From: Deltaproteobacteria bacterium
GTDB lineage: Bacteria; Desulfobacterota; GWC2-55-46; UBA9637; GWC2-42-11
DNA length: 64,000 nt
Direction: 5' to 3'
Assembly (NCBI GenBank): GCA_016223005.1
Contig: JACRPW010000044.1
Location: 627 to 64,626 of the forward strand
Position 1 is the first letter of the stretch. Each line of letters begins with the position of its first letter. A program made the position numbers and the translations under genes. Positions 38,689-49,624 of the stretch are shown here, in pieces. The notes below the pieces were generated by a model. That model was not told the DNA's origin. It worked only from the letters and a program-made list of their open reading frames with translations, and searched no databases.

Positions 38689-40134
38689 ATGAAGGCAATA
38701 ATCCTTGCAGGTGGAAGCGGGACAAGGCTTTGGCCCTTGTCCAGAAGGAACTATCCCAAACAGTTTCTAAAACTAAACGGCGATAAGTCCCTTCTTCAGC
38801 AGACAGTGGAAAGATTGTCAGGTGCAGTTCAACTTGAGGACATTATCGTAATGACGAACAGTAATTATAAATTCCATGTGCTGTCAGACCTTCAGGCTCT
38901 TAACTCTAAACTCTCAACTCTGAACTCTAATATCATCCTTGAACCAGCGGCAAGAAATACTGCGCCTGCTATTGCGCTAGGGGTTAAATATTGTCTTGAA
39001 AGACTCGGCTGTGATTATGATGAAATAATATTCCTGTCGCCTTCAGACCACATCATCAAACCCAATGACAAGTTCACAGAATACCTTGCATCTGCAAAGG
39101 CTATTGCAGAGAAAGGCTATATAGTAACATTTGGGATAAAACCGGATAGACCTGAGACAGGATATGGATATATAAAAGTCAGAAGTCAGGAGCCTGCCCC
39201 CGCAGGCTTCAATCGGGGGTCAGAAGTCAGAAGTCAGGAATTCTTGAGAGTTGAAAGGTTTGTGGAAAAACCAGATGTAGAGACTGCAAGACGTTATTTA
39301 GATGAAGGGAATTACTACTGGAATTCAGGCATGTTTGCATTCAGTATAGGCACAATGATTAAGGAATTTGAAAGACATGCACCGGCAATAAGTAATATGC
39401 TAACTAAAAGTTTTGACGAGATGCTGTCAAACTTTAAGGATATGCCTGATGTATCCATAGACTACGCTGTAGCAGAAAAATCAAAGGATGTTGTAACAGT
39501 CCCCCTTGATTTATACTGGAATGACATTGGCTCATGGGATTCATTGTGTGATGTTATGGATAAGGATGAAGATGGAAATATCAAAAAGGGTGATGTTATT
39601 GCTATAGACACAAAAAATACCCTGATAATAGGAAATAAAAGGCTTATATCAACCATTGGACTTAATGACTGTCTTATAGTTGAAACTGACGATGCTGTGC
39701 TTATAGCAAGAAAAGGAGAGACTCAAAAGGTTAAAGATATAGTTAGAAAGTTAAAGGCAGATGGCAGAAAAGAGGCAGAAGAACATGTTACCACATATAG
39801 GCCATGGGGCAGTTATACAGTGCTTGAAGAGGGGGAGCGGTATAAGATAAAAAGGATTGTTGTTTACCCAAATAAAAAGTTAAGCCTGCAGATGCACCAT
39901 CACAGGAGCGAACACTGGGTTGTTGTGAAAGGAACTGCACGGGTGACAGTTGGCGATATAAAAAGGACTATCCATGAAAACGAATCTGCATATGTCCCTA
40001 AATCAACTGTCCATAGACTTGAAAACCCCGGCAAAGTGCCTCTAGAGATAATAGAGGTTCAAAATGGTGAATATGTTGGAGAAGATGATATTGTGAGGGT
40101 TGATGATGATTATGGGAGACAAAAACTTACTTGA
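38689..40134 (+). CDS. manC: Mannose-1-phosphate guanylyltransferase / mannose-6-phosphate isomerase (ManC type, cupin C-terminus). It carries an in-frame insertion of a heptamer/mini-palindrome element.
   Basis: MKAIILAGGSGTRLWPLSR N-terminus and C-terminal cupin. The ORF listed from 38632 is an upstream extension overlapping the PMM gene. Confidence 0.88.
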   Translation: MKAIILAGGSGTRLWPLSRRNYPKQFLKLNGDKSLLQQTVERLSGAVQLEDIIVMTNSNYKFHVLSDLQALNSKLSTLNSNIILEPAARNTAPAIALGVKYCLERLGCDYDEIIFLSPSDHIIKPNDKFTEYLASAKAIAEKGYIVTFGIKPDRPETGYGYIKVRSQEPAPAGFNRGSEVRSQEFLRVERFVEKPDVETARRYLDEGNYYWNSGMFAFSIGTMIKEFERHAPAISNMLTKSFDEMLSNFKDMPDVSIDYAVAEKSKDVVTVPLDLYWNDIGSWDSLCDVMDKDEDGNIKKGDVIAIDTKNTLIIGNKRLISTIGLNDCLIVETDDAVLIARKGETQKVKDIVRKLKADGRKEAEEHVTTYRPWGSYTVLEEGERYKIKRIVVYPNKKLSLQMHHHRSEHWVVVKGTARVTVGDIKRTIHENESAYVPKSTVHRLENPGKVPLEIIEVQNGEYVGEDDIVRVDDDYGRQKLT

Positions 40135-40260
40135 CAGTATGCAACGGTATTTTGTATTCTAACAATCTTTAAATCAGTGTAAACCTAGTTAGAAAATCTG
40201 CAACTGTTTAGATTGTTAGAAATAACGGCTAAACATCATTGAAATTTGTAAGGGGATTTT

Positions 40261-41613
40261 ATGTTTGATGGATTAAGTGATAGATTAAACAGTATATTTA
40301 AAAGGCTTAAGGGATACGGAAGGCTGTCTGAGGTAAACATTCAAGAGGCGCTCAAGGATGTCAGGATGTCACTTCTTGAGGCTGATGTCAATTTCAAGGT
40401 TGTAAAGGACTTTATTCAGAAGGTTAAGGATAGGGCAGTTGGCAAAGATGTGTTAGACAGCCTGACACCGGGGCAGCAGATTGTTAAGATTGTCAGAGAT
40501 GAACTCACAGATATACTCGGCGGTACTGTATCATCTCTTAACCTCGGGACAAAACCGCCTGCAGTAATTATGTTAGTTGGGCTTCAGGGTTCAGGAAAAA
40601 CAACCACAGCAGCAAAACTCGCAAGGCATCTGCGTGGGAAAGGCAGGAGACCCTATCTTGTTCCGGCTGATGTGTATAGACCTGCTGCAATCCTGCAGCT
40701 GAGGAAACTATCTAAAGAAATAGATATAGATGTGTTTGAAGACGATGCCTTTAAAATGCCTCAGGATATATGCCATGAGGCACTCAGGATTGCCAAAATA
40801 AAAGGTTATGATACTGTCATTATTGATACAGCAGGCAGGCTGCATATTGACAAATCCCTTATGGATGAATTAAAGGACTTAAAAGAAATACTAAATCCTA
40901 AAGAGATACTCTTTGTTGCAGATGCAATGACAGGACAGGATGCTGTGAACACAGCAGCAGGATTTAACAGCGATATTGACATTACAGGTGTTATTCTTAC
41001 AAAACTAGATGGTGATGCAAGGGGTGGTGCGGCACTTTCTATGGTGACTGTCACCGGAAAACCCATAAAGTTTATTGGAGCAGGGGAAAAGGTTGATGCT
41101 ATTGAGGTTTTCTATCCTGATAGACTCGCAGGCAGGATACTTGGTATGGGTGATGTCCTTACGCTCATTGAAAAGGCAGAGGCAGTAGTTGATAAAGAAA
41201 AGGCAAAGATTATGGAAGAGAAACTCCGCAAGAATTTATTTACACTTGAGGATTTTAAGGAGCAGTTAAGTCAGATAAAAAAAATAGGGTCTTTGGAGAG
41301 CATACTTTCAATGGTGCCTGGTTTTAAACAAATTAAGATGACCCGCGATGTTAATCCTGATCCTAAAGAACTTGTGAGGATAGAGGCGATAATAAATTCC
41401 ATGACAATGAAGGAAAGGGTAAAGCCTGATATCCTTAATGCCAGTAGGAAAAAACGGATAGCAAATGGAAGCGGCACAACTGTTCAGGATGTTAATAAAC
41501 TTATAAAGCAATATCTTCAGGCAAGACAGATGATGAAGAAATTTGCTAATATAGGTCCAAAGGCAATGACGGGGCAGGCATTAAAGGTTTTGAGGGGTGG
41601 CATGCCGTTTTAA
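40261..41613 (+). CDS. ffh: Signal recognition particle protein Ffh
   Basis: NG domain GLQGSGKTTT and Met-rich M domain. Confidence 0.97.
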   Translation: MFDGLSDRLNSIFKRLKGYGRLSEVNIQEALKDVRMSLLEADVNFKVVKDFIQKVKDRAVGKDVLDSLTPGQQIVKIVRDELTDILGGTVSSLNLGTKPPAVIMLVGLQGSGKTTTAAKLARHLRGKGRRPYLVPADVYRPAAILQLRKLSKEIDIDVFEDDAFKMPQDICHEALRIAKIKGYDTVIIDTAGRLHIDKSLMDELKDLKEILNPKEILFVADAMTGQDAVNTAAGFNSDIDITGVILTKLDGDARGGAALSMVTVTGKPIKFIGAGEKVDAIEVFYPDRLAGRILGMGDVLTLIEKAEAVVDKEKAKIMEEKLRKNLFTLEDFKEQLSQIKKIGSLESILSMVPGFKQIKMTRDVNPDPKELVRIEAIINSMTMKERVKPDILNASRKKRIANGSGTTVQDVNKLIKQYLQARQMMKKFANIGPKAMTGQALKVLRGGMPF

Positions 41614-41661
41614 TGGTGTAACCACCTGAAATGTCAATGATTTCATGATAAACAAAAGGAG

Positions 41662-41943
41662 GTGATAAATAAAGTGGCTGTTAAATTACGGCTTACAAGG
41701 CTTGGTGCAAAGAAAAAACCATTTTACAGGATAGTGGCTGCGGATTCAGATTCTCCAAGGGATGGAAAATTTATTGAGGTTGTTGGCACCTATGACCCAA
41801 ATAAGAATCCTGCAAAGGCTGACCTCAATGAGGGTCTTGTCCTGAAATGGCTTGATAGGGGCGCTGTTCCGACAGAGACTGTAAAAAACCTGTTCAAGAA
41901 GGCAGGCATTTTTAACAAAACATCTGGGAGACTATCAGCGTAA
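41662..41943 (+). CDS. rpsP: 30S ribosomal protein S16
   Basis: [22 protein letters not shown] start with an AAAGGAGGTG SD. Confidence 0.93.
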   Translation: MINKVAVKLRLTRLGAKKKPFYRIVAADSDSPRDGKFIEVVGTYDPNKNPAKADLNEGLVLKWLDRGAVPTETVKNLFKKAGIFNKTSGRLSA

Positions 41944-42001
41944 CCTTTTTCTGATTGGGCTAATATAAACGCATTAAAACTAAACTTACGGAGGTGTAAC
42001 G

Positions 42002-42232
42002 GTGAAGGAACTTATTGAGTATATAGCAAAGGCGCTTGTAGACCATCCTGATAAGGTAAGGGTCGGTGAGATCATGGGTGAGAATACCTCGGTCATTGAG
42101 CTCATTGTTGCAAAGGAGGACCTTGGTAAGGTGATAGGCAAGGAAGGCAGAACTGCACGGGCAATGAGAGTAATTCTCACGGCAGTGTCAACAAAACTAA
42201 AGAAGAGGGCAGTTCTGGAGATAGTTGAGTAA
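42002..42232 (+). CDS. khpA: KH-domain RNA-binding protein (KhpA/YlqC, UPF0109)
   Basis: [18 protein letters not shown] motif. Conserved position between rpsP and rimM. Confidence 0.85.
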   Translation: MKELIEYIAKALVDHPDKVRVGEIMGENTSVIELIVAKEDLGKVIGKEGRTARAMRVILTAVSTKLKKRAVLEIVE

Positions 42233-42257
42233 AAGATTGCCAACTGCTTTTTAAAAG

Positions 42258-42800
42258 ATGTCCAAAAAACCTGCTGAAAACCTTTGTGAAGAGGGCGCAG
42301 ACCTTGTTTTGATAGGCAGGGTTGTTGGTGTTCACGGCATAAACGGTGAAATAAAAATCTTACCTTATGGGGACCGTGAACAGAAGAAGTGGAGGGCAAT
42401 CTATCTAAAAAAGAATGCCTTGCAGAAGAGGTATAGGATAAAGGGGATAAGACCTCACAAAGGTGTGCTGCTGGTCAGTCTTTACGGCTGTGATACCAGA
42501 AATGATGCAGACACATTGATAGATTCAGAGGCTTTAATAGAAAGGTCAGAATTACCAAAACTTCCAAAAGGTGAATATTATCATTTTGAACTTGAGGGCA
42601 CCATGGTTTTTACTGAGGACAATACCTTTATTGGCACAATAGAAGGCATATTGTCAACACGGGGGGGTAGCGATGTTTATATTGTTAAAGGTAGTTCAGG
42701 TGAGATATTGGTTCCAGCAGTGGATAATATTATCGTAAGTATTGATACAGATAAAAAGAGGATGATTGTCAGACCGCCAGAAGGTCTCTTTAAGAAATGA
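42258..42800 (+). CDS. rimM: 16S rRNA processing protein RimM
   Basis: LIGRVVGVHGINGEIKI PRC-barrel N-terminal motif. Confidence 0.9.
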   Translation: MSKKPAENLCEEGADLVLIGRVVGVHGINGEIKILPYGDREQKKWRAIYLKKNALQKRYRIKGIRPHKGVLLVSLYGCDTRNDADTLIDSEALIERSELPKLPKGEYYHFELEGTMVFTEDNTFIGTIEGILSTRGGSDVYIVKGSSGEILVPAVDNIIVSIDTDKKRMIVRPPEGLFKK

Positions 42801-43534
42801 GATTTGATGTATTAAGCATCTTCCCTGATTTTTTTAAGTCACCATTAAGTCAGACTATACTTAAGCGGGCTATAGAAAAAGGACTGATAAGTGTAAATAT
42901 TAACAATATAAGGGATTATGCCTCTGGCAGGCATAAAAGTACAGACGACTATCCGTATGGCGGCGGCAAAGGGATGATAATGATGGCAGAGCCAATCATC
43001 TCTGCTGTAGAGGATATAAGGTCAAAGATTGAGAGCAAGGCTTCCCTTAAAATAATCCTTACTACGCCTCAGGGGAAATTGCTTGAACAGGGTATAGTAA
43101 GAAAACTTGCTGGTTTTAAAAATATTATAATAATATGTGGAAGATATGAGGGTATTGATGAGAGGGTAAGGACTATTCTAAATCCTGAAGAGATATCTAT
43201 AGGTGATTATGTCTTAAGCGGTGGTGAACTCCCTGCTATTGTAATTATTGATGCGGTTTCCAGAAATATACCCGGTGTTGTTGGTTCAGAGGTATCGGTT
43301 GAGACAGACACATTTTCAGGAGGTCTTCTTAAATATCCTCAATGGACAAGACCCGAGGAGTTCATGGGTTTGAGAGTGCCTTCTGTACTTCTTTCAGGCA
43401 ATCATAAGGAGATAGAAAGATGGCGAAGGCAAGAAACAATAAAGAAAACACTTGAAAAAAGACCTGACCTTCTGGAAAAGGCAGAGGTTTCAGAAGATGA
43501 TAAAATAATAATAAGTGAATTAAAAAAGCAATAG
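42797..43534 (+). CDS. trmD: tRNA (guanine37-N1)-methyltransferase
   Basis: [14 protein letters not shown]-terminus and SPOUT fold. Confidence 0.95.
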   Translation: MRFDVLSIFPDFFKSPLSQTILKRAIEKGLISVNINNIRDYASGRHKSTDDYPYGGGKGMIMMAEPIISAVEDIRSKIESKASLKIILTTPQGKLLEQGIVRKLAGFKNIIIICGRYEGIDERVRTILNPEEISIGDYVLSGGELPAIVIIDAVSRNIPGVVGSEVSVETDTFSGGLLKYPQWTRPEEFMGLRVPSVLLSGNHKEIERWRRQETIKKTLEKRPDLLEKAEVSEDDKIIISELKKQ

Positions 43535-43542
43535 GAGGAATT

Positions 43543-43884
43543 ATGGGAATAATAGAGAGTATAGAAAAGGACTACCTTCGCACAGATATCCCTGAGTTAA
43601 GGATAGGAGATACAGCGAGGGTTAATGTCAGGATAAAAGAAGGGGAAAAGGAAAGGGTTCAGCAGTTTGAGGGGATAGTGATAAGTAAGAGGGGAAGTGG
43701 ACTAAAAGCAACATTTACTGTCCGAAAGGTTTCTTATGGTATTGGCGTTGAAAGGACATTCCCGCTTCACTCCCCTGCCCTTGAAACAATAAAGGTCATA
43801 AGTCATGGGCAGGTTAGAAGGGCTAAACTTTACTATATCCGTAATCTCAAGGGTAAGGCAGCAAGGATTAAAGAAAAGGTGTAA
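43543..43884 (+). CDS. rplS: 50S ribosomal protein L19
   Basis: Conserved L19 sequence. Operon rpsP-rimM-trmD-rplS. Confidence 0.95.
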   Translation: MGIIESIEKDYLRTDIPELRIGDTARVNVRIKEGEKERVQQFEGIVISKRGSGLKATFTVRKVSYGIGVERTFPLHSPALETIKVISHGQVRRAKLYYIRNLKGKAARIKEKV

Positions 43885-43959
43885 GGACAGAGTCAAAGCT
43901 AAAAAATCATTCTCCACGGTACTCTGACTCTTTGACCCTCTGACTCTCCGACTCTAAGT

Positions 43960-44580
43960 ATGATGAATTCCTATGAACTGGAAGCACTGAAAAATGGCTT
44001 CAAAATTATTGCAGGTGTAGATGAGGCTGGAAGGGGTCCACTGGCAGGGCCTGTGGTTGCTGCTGCTGTAATATTTCCTTTTGATGCCTGCAATAAACCT
44101 AGAGAGTTCCTCAATCTTGGGATAAACGACTCAAAAAAACTAACCCCTCTTAAAAGGGAAAATCTTTGCAATAAAATCTTTCAAAATGCCCGTTCTGTAG
44201 GAATCGGGATTGCATGGCCTGATTATATAGAACAAGTCAATATCAATGTTGCCACGCAGAAGGCAATGGTAAATGCTGTTTCTAAATTGATGCCGTCTCC
44301 TGATTTTCTGTTAATTGACGGCATTTATGGAATTCCATACAATATCAGTCAAAGAACAATTATAGGTGGTGATGCTGCCAGTGTAAGTGTGGCTGCTGCA
44401 TCTATTATTGCAAAGGTTGCAAGGGATAGAATAATGAGCGGGTATCATAATCTACTGCCTGATTACAGGTTTGCAAAACATAAAGGTTATGGGACATTAG
44501 ACCACTGTACGTTTATAGAAAAGTATGGTCCCTCTTCAATACACAGGAGGGGTTTCAAAGGCGTAAGAGAGCATACATGA
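43960..44580 (+). CDS. rnhB: Ribonuclease HII
   Basis: IAGVDEAGRGPLAGPVV active-site motif. Confidence 0.93.
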   Translation: MMNSYELEALKNGFKIIAGVDEAGRGPLAGPVVAAAVIFPFDACNKPREFLNLGINDSKKLTPLKRENLCNKIFQNARSVGIGIAWPDYIEQVNINVATQKAMVNAVSKLMPSPDFLLIDGIYGIPYNISQRTIIGGDAASVSVAAASIIAKVARDRIMSGYHNLLPDYRFAKHKGYGTLDHCTFIEKYGPSSIHRRGFKGVREHT

Positions 44581-44945
44581 ATGATGCACGGATTACATTA
44601 GGGAAGACAGGGGAGTTGGCAGCCATTTCATTTTTACAGAGGCATGGTCTTAAGATAATAGAGCAGAATTATAAATGCCGGTATGGTGAGATTGATATTA
44701 TTGCTAAGGATAAAGATATAATTGCCTTTGTTGAGGTAAAGACAAGAAAAAACCTTTCCTGCGGGATTCCTCAGATGGCGGTTGATTTAAGGAAACAGAG
44801 GCAAATGTCAAAGGTTGCATCACATTATATCAGATGCAGGAGGGCTGTAAATATCCCTGCCAGATTTGATGTTATTGCAATAAATCTTGCAGACGGACCT
44901 GCAAAAATAGAATATATAAAGGATGCCTTTGAAATGTGTCTTTAA
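44577..44945 (+). CDS. yraN: YraN family (UPF0102) predicted endonuclease
   Basis: GELAAISFLQRHGLKII...GEIDIIA signature. It follows rnhB, as in many genomes. Confidence 0.85.
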   Translation: MNDARITLGKTGELAAISFLQRHGLKIIEQNYKCRYGEIDIIAKDKDIIAFVEVKTRKNLSCGIPQMAVDLRKQRQMSKVASHYIRCRRAVNIPARFDVIAINLADGPAKIEYIKDAFEMCL

Positions 44946-44968
44946 AAATCAAAAAAATCAAAAAAATC

Positions 44969-44998
44969 TTGACAAATATTATGACAAATTAGTAGTAT
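44969..44998 (+). promoter_or_regulatory. Candidate sigma70 promoter TTGACA-18-TAGTAT upstream of the lipoprotein gene
   Basis: Hexamers read directly. A GAAAGGAGGTG SD precedes the ATG 45052. Confidence 0.4.
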
Positions 44999-45051
44999 TC
45001 AACATCAAATTCTATATTCAGATAGAAATCTGAAAGGAGGTGAGATTTTAG

Positions 45052-45240
45052 ATGAAGAGGATTTATAGTCTGATTGTTGTATTATTGTTAGTATCTCCTA
45101 TGTTTCTTGCTGCTTCATGCGGTAAGAAGGCAGAGGAAACAAAGCCAGCAGAAACAGCAGCTCCAGCAGCACCTGCAGCACCAGCCCCAGAGGCAGCACC
45201 AGCAGCACCAGCCCCAGAGGCAGCACCAGCAAAGAAGTAA
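45052..45240 (+). CDS. Small Ala/Pro-rich lipoprotein (lipobox LAASC) built from 21-nt tandem repeats
   Basis: Signal peptide plus Cys lipobox. The unit PAAPAPEAA is repeated; the DNA repeats lie at 45175-45232. Confidence 0.6.
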   Translation: MKRIYSLIVVLLLVSPMFLAASCGKKAEETKPAETAAPAAPAAPAPEAAPAAPAPEAAPAKK

Positions 45241-45289
45241 CTTATATGCCGGGTATAAGATAGGGAAGGGAGAGGTAATTATTCATTCA

Positions 45290-46609
45290 TTACTTTTTCT
45301 CTTTCCTATCAATATCTTCCTTTATTACCTTCTCGTATCCTATATCCTTTGGTCTATAATATCTTTTGTCTTTAAGTTTTTCAGGCAGATAATCCTGTTT
45401 GACATCTCTCTTTTCATAATCATGCGGATATTTATACCCCTTTCCATAACCGAGTTCTTTCATAAGTTTTGTCGGTGCATTTCTTATGTGCAGAGGCACA
45501 GGCAAACTGCCCTTTTCCCTTACATCTTCCAAAGCCCCAAGATACGCAGTATAAGAGGCATTGCTCTTTGGCGCTGTTGCAAGATATGCGACACCCTGTG
45601 CAAGCGGTATCCAGCCCTCTGGCATGCCGACAAAATCAAATGCGTCCTTAACTGAAATTGCAACCCTTAAAGCGTTTGGGTCAGCATTACCAATGTCTTC
45701 TGATGCGAATATTACCATCCTTCTTGCAATGAATAAAGGGTCTTCGCCTGCCTCAAGCATTCTTGCAAGATAATATAATGCAGCATCCGGATCGCTTCCG
45801 CGCATAGATTTTATGAATGCCGATATGACATTGTAATGCTCCTCACCGTCCTTATCATACAATAGCGCCTTTTTCTGGATTGCCTCATGGATTATCTCAG
45901 ATGTAATATGTCTTGTGCCGTCTTTATCAGGGGCAGTAGTCATAACCGCTGCCTCAATTGTATTAAGGGCGCTCCTCCCATCTCCATGAGAGTATTCTGC
46001 AATTATATCTATTGCGCCATCTCCAATATTTAACCTGTATTTGCCTAAACCCATTTCCTTATCATCTATTGCCCTCTGGATAATCTTTTTAATATCTTCC
46101 TGCAAAAGTTGTTTTAAAAGCAGAACCTTGCATCTTGAAAGGAGCGGCGCATTCATCTCAAATGACGGGTTTTCTGTAGTAGCGCCGATGAGGGTTATTG
46201 TGCCGTCCTCCACATGATGAAGAAATGCATCCTGCTGGGATTTGTTAAATCTGTGGATTTCATCAACAAAAAGGATTGTCTTTCTCTTATGGTAAACAAA
46301 TTCGTCTTTTGCCTCTTTTATGACCTCTCTTATTTCCTTTACACCTGAAAGGACTGCTGAAAATGATATAAACCTGCTCCCTGTTGACTCTGCAATTATA
46401 TTTGCAATGGTTGTCTTACCTGTACCCGGAGGTCCCCAGAGTATTATTGAAGGGACATCTTTTCTTTCAATCAGATTTCTTAAAAATCTGCCCTTTGCAA
46501 CAAGATGCCCCTGCCCTACAAATTCATCAAGGTTTTTTGGACGCATCCTGTCTGCGAGAGGCGCAGGCGGTCTTGCAGGCTCACTCGGTTTAACATCAAA
46601 TAATTCCAC
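45290..46609 (-). CDS. rarA: Replication-associated recombination protein A (RarA/MgsA, AAA+ ATPase)
   Basis: Walker A GPPGTGKTT, and the RarA C-terminal domains. Confidence 0.93.
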   Translation of the reverse strand: MELFDVKPSEPARPPAPLADRMRPKNLDEFVGQGHLVAKGRFLRNLIERKDVPSIILWGPPGTGKTTIANIIAESTGSRFISFSAVLSGVKEIREVIKEAKDEFVYHKRKTILFVDEIHRFNKSQQDAFLHHVEDGTITLIGATTENPSFEMNAPLLSRCKVLLLKQLLQEDIKKIIQRAIDDKEMGLGKYRLNIGDGAIDIIAEYSHGDGRSALNTIEAAVMTTAPDKDGTRHITSEIIHEAIQKKALLYDKDGEEHYNVISAFIKSMRGSDPDAALYYLARMLEAGEDPLFIARRMVIFASEDIGNADPNALRVAISVKDAFDFVGMPEGWIPLAQGVAYLATAPKSNASYTAYLGALEDVREKGSLPVPLHIRNAPTKLMKELGYGKGYKYPHDYEKRDVKQDYLPEKLKDKRYYRPKDIGYEKVIKEDIDRKEKK

Positions 46610-46629
46610 GAATTTAATATAGCATAAAA

Positions 46630-46655
46630 CCTAAAAATAGACATTGATTTTTGGG
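46630..46655. repeat. 26-bp palindromic element CCCAAAAATAGACATTGATTTTTGGG, copy 1 of 3 (the others are 62357-62384 and 63898-63924). All three are promoter-proximal.
   Basis: 9-nt inverted arms around an 8-nt core. The three copies are near-identical. Confidence 0.85.
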
Positions 46656-46809
46656 AAAACCTGCCTGTCTGCCGTGCCAACGGCACAGGCAGGCAAGTTT
46701 GTCCAATAGCGAGGTTTTTAATCGCTACTTTACGGATAAAATTTTGATTTTGAAAATACGCAGGCAATATGCTATCTTGCAGGAAAACTGAATTATTGGG
46801 AGGAATATT

Positions 46810-48615
46810 TTGTCAGGGCATATTATAGAAAATCTTGGGGATTGGAAAAGGGACGTTTACTGTGGAGATACAACTGCGCCTCATATCGGGAAAGAGATAA
46901 TGCTTATGGGCTGGGTTCAAAGGCGGCGCGACCACGGGAACTTGATATTTATTGATTTGCGGGACAGGACAGGCATTGTTCAGGTTGTATTCAATCCTGA
47001 ATTTGAAAAATTAGTCCACGAAAAGGCGCATCATATAAGAAATGAATTTGTCATCGCAGTTAAAGGCATTGTTTCAAAAAGACCGGCAGGCACTGAAAAT
47101 CCTGATTTAAGGACAGGCGCGATTGAAGTCCATGTCAAAGAATTGAAGATTTTAAATGAGTCTCAGCCGCTCCCATTTCTTATTGAAGATGATATTGACG
47201 CTACTGAAAATATAAGGCTGAAATACAGGTATCTTGATTTGAGAAGGCCTGCCTTGCAGAAAAACCTTATCCTGCGCCACAAAATATGCAAGGTGGTGCG
47301 GGATTTTCTTTCTGATAAAGGAGGCTTCATTGAACTTGAAACGCCTATGCTTACAAAATCAACGCCTGAAGGCGCAAGGGACTATCTTGTGCCGAGCAGA
47401 TTAAACCCCGGACATTTCTATGCACTGCCTCAGTCCCCGCAATTATTTAAACAAATATTGATGGTATCTGGCTTTGACAGGTATTTTCAGATTGTCCGGT
47501 GTTTCAGAGATGAGGACTTAAGGGCGGACAGACAGCCTGAATTTACACAGATAGACGCTGAGATGAGTTTTGTTGACAAGGAAGATGTAATGGACATAAT
47601 GGAAAAACTCATTGCAGAGGTCTTTGAAAAGGCAGCGGATAAAAAACTTTGCCTGCCATTTCCAAGATTGACATACAAAGAGGCAATAAGCAGGTTCGGG
47701 CTTGATAACCCTGATACAAGGTTCGGGCTTGAGTTAAAGGATGTTACAGAGATTGTCCGAAATTCAGACTTTAAGGTATTCAAAGATGCTGTCCATAAAC
47801 GCGGAATTGTCCAGATAATCAATGCAAAAAACTGCGCTGAATTTTCAAGAAAGGAACTTGATGAATTAACAGAACTCGCTGCAACTTACGGCGCAAAGGG
47901 TCTTGCGTGGGTCAAAATCACAAAAGATGGCTGGCAGTCGCCTATTGCAAAGTTTTTAAAAGATGCAGAAAAAGATGGCATTGTAAAAACCACAGATGCT
48001 GTTATAGGTGATTTGCTCCTTTTTGCTGCTGATGTGCCGAAGGTCGTGAATACAACGCTTGGCAGAATCAGGCTCAACCTTGCTGAGAGACTGAACCTTA
48101 TACCAAAAGACACCTTTAATTTTGTATGGGTAACAGACTTCCCTCTCCTTGAATATGATGAAGAAGAAAAGAGGTTTGTTGCAGTCCATCATCCTTTCAC
48201 AGCGCCTGTAGATGAGGATACTCCTAAACTTGATGTCAATCCCATTGAGGCAAGGGCAAAGGCTTATGACCTTGTCCTAAACGGCTCTGAAATCGGCGGC
48301 GGAAGCATAAGGATACACAGACAGGATATTCAGTCAAAGATATTTGACAAACTCGGCATATCAAAGGATGAGGCAAGGCTTAAATTCGGCTTTCTACTGG
48401 ATGCCCTCGAATTCGGCACCCCCCCTCACGGCGGCATTGCATTCGGACTTGACAGGCTCTGCGCAATAATCTGCAATGCACAGTCCATAAGGGATGTCAT
48501 AGCATTTCCAAAAACCCAGAAAGGCACATGCCTTATGACAGAAGCACCATCACTTGTAGAAAAGAAACAGATGGATGAACTGTTTATAAGATTAAAAACA
48601 GAGGTTCCCAAATAA
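46810..48615 (+). CDS. aspS: Aspartate--tRNA ligase
   Basis: Class II aaRS motifs ([31 protein letters not shown]). TTG start. Confidence 0.95.
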   Translation: MSGHIIENLGDWKRDVYCGDTTAPHIGKEIMLMGWVQRRRDHGNLIFIDLRDRTGIVQVVFNPEFEKLVHEKAHHIRNEFVIAVKGIVSKRPAGTENPDLRTGAIEVHVKELKILNESQPLPFLIEDDIDATENIRLKYRYLDLRRPALQKNLILRHKICKVVRDFLSDKGGFIELETPMLTKSTPEGARDYLVPSRLNPGHFYALPQSPQLFKQILMVSGFDRYFQIVRCFRDEDLRADRQPEFTQIDAEMSFVDKEDVMDIMEKLIAEVFEKAADKKLCLPFPRLTYKEAISRFGLDNPDTRFGLELKDVTEIVRNSDFKVFKDAVHKRGIVQIINAKNCAEFSRKELDELTELAATYGAKGLAWVKITKDGWQSPIAKFLKDAEKDGIVKTTDAVIGDLLLFAADVPKVVNTTLGRIRLNLAERLNLIPKDTFNFVWVTDFPLLEYDEEEKRFVAVHHPFTAPVDEDTPKLDVNPIEARAKAYDLVLNGSEIGGGSIRIHRQDIQSKIFDKLGISKDEARLKFGFLLDALEFGTPPHGGIAFGLDRLCAIICNAQSIRDVIAFPKTQKGTCLMTEAPSLVEKKQMDELFIRLKTEVPK

Positions 48616-48685
48616 AACATTCATGCCGACAAGTTGGCACAAAGGAGAATGAAAATATTATCAACCCCTCGGAGGGTATTTTCAA

Positions 48686-49324
48686 GTGAAAATCTCAGAG
48701 ATATTTTTCAGTATACAGGGGGAGTCAAGTTATGCAGGGCTCCCCTGTATTTTTATAAGGCTTGCAGGGTGTAACCTGCGATGTGTTTACTGCGATACGG
48801 TTTATGCACAAGATATGGAGCAGGGCTATGAGATGCCTATTGATGAGATTCTGCATGAGGTAAAAAAATTCAAATGCAAGATGGTTGAAATAACAGGCGG
48901 CGAGCCGCTTATGCAGGATGAGGCCGTGCCTCTTATAAATAAACTATTTGCATTAAAATATAAAGTTCTTCTTGAAACAAACGGTACAATAAGTTTAAAA
49001 GGCATAGACAAACGGGTTGTAAAAATCATGGATATAAAAACGCCCGGAGGCGGATTTGCACAGGATTTTATGGAAGGAAATCTAAAATATCTTAAAAAAA
49101 ATGATGAGATAAAGTTTGTTCTTATGGACAGAAACGACTATGAATGGGCAAAGGAAATTATAAAAAGATATTCCCTAGACAAAAAGACAAAGGTATTATT
49201 ATCTGCTGCCCACAAGAAACTATCCCTTGATAAACTTTCAAAATGGATTTTAGAAGATGGACTGCATGCAAGACTACAGCCGCAGATGCATAAAATTATT
49301 TGGGGAGAAAAAAGAGGAGTTTAA
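48686..49324 (+). CDS. queE: 7-carboxy-7-deazaguanine synthase QueE (radical SAM)
   Basis: CNLRCVYCDT radical-SAM cluster motif, and EIFFSIQGES N-terminus. Confidence 0.9.
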   Translation: MKISEIFFSIQGESSYAGLPCIFIRLAGCNLRCVYCDTVYAQDMEQGYEMPIDEILHEVKKFKCKMVEITGGEPLMQDEAVPLINKLFALKYKVLLETNGTISLKGIDKRVVKIMDIKTPGGGFAQDFMEGNLKYLKKNDEIKFVLMDRNDYEWAKEIIKRYSLDKKTKVLLSAAHKKLSLDKLSKWILEDGLHARLQPQMHKIIWGEKRGV

Positions 49325-49403
49325 TTGTTATATGTCCTTGCATAAGTAAGATGTCATTGCGAGGATTTTTGTTCCGAAGCAATCTCTAATTATTTGATTT
49401 TAT

Positions 49404-49479
49404 TGGAGCGGGCGACGGGATTCGAACCCGCGACCCCAACCTTGGCAAGGTTGTGCTCTACCAGCTGAGCTACACCCGC
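49404..49479 (-). tRNA. tRNA-Gly (anticodon GCC), CCA encoded
   Basis: The reverse complement folds as a cloverleaf: GCGGGUG acceptor, anticodon loop UUGCCAA, T-loop GGUUCGAAUCC. Confidence 0.9.
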
Positions 49480-49624
49480 TTAAAGACAGTGAATAGTTAT
49501 TAGTAAGTGGTGTTTAGTAAATACTAGACAAAAACTTTTTTACATTAATTCCTGTAAAGATTAATAATAACTTGTTTTAGAATTTATCATACTATATAAT
49601 GCTGTCAAGATTTTTTTCTATCAT

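Noticed and set aside
45107-45655. 182-aa Gln/His-rich ORF overlapping the lipoprotein gene and rarA
   Set aside because: It is an alternative-frame translation of the Ala/Pro repeat DNA and runs antisense into rarA. It is spurious.
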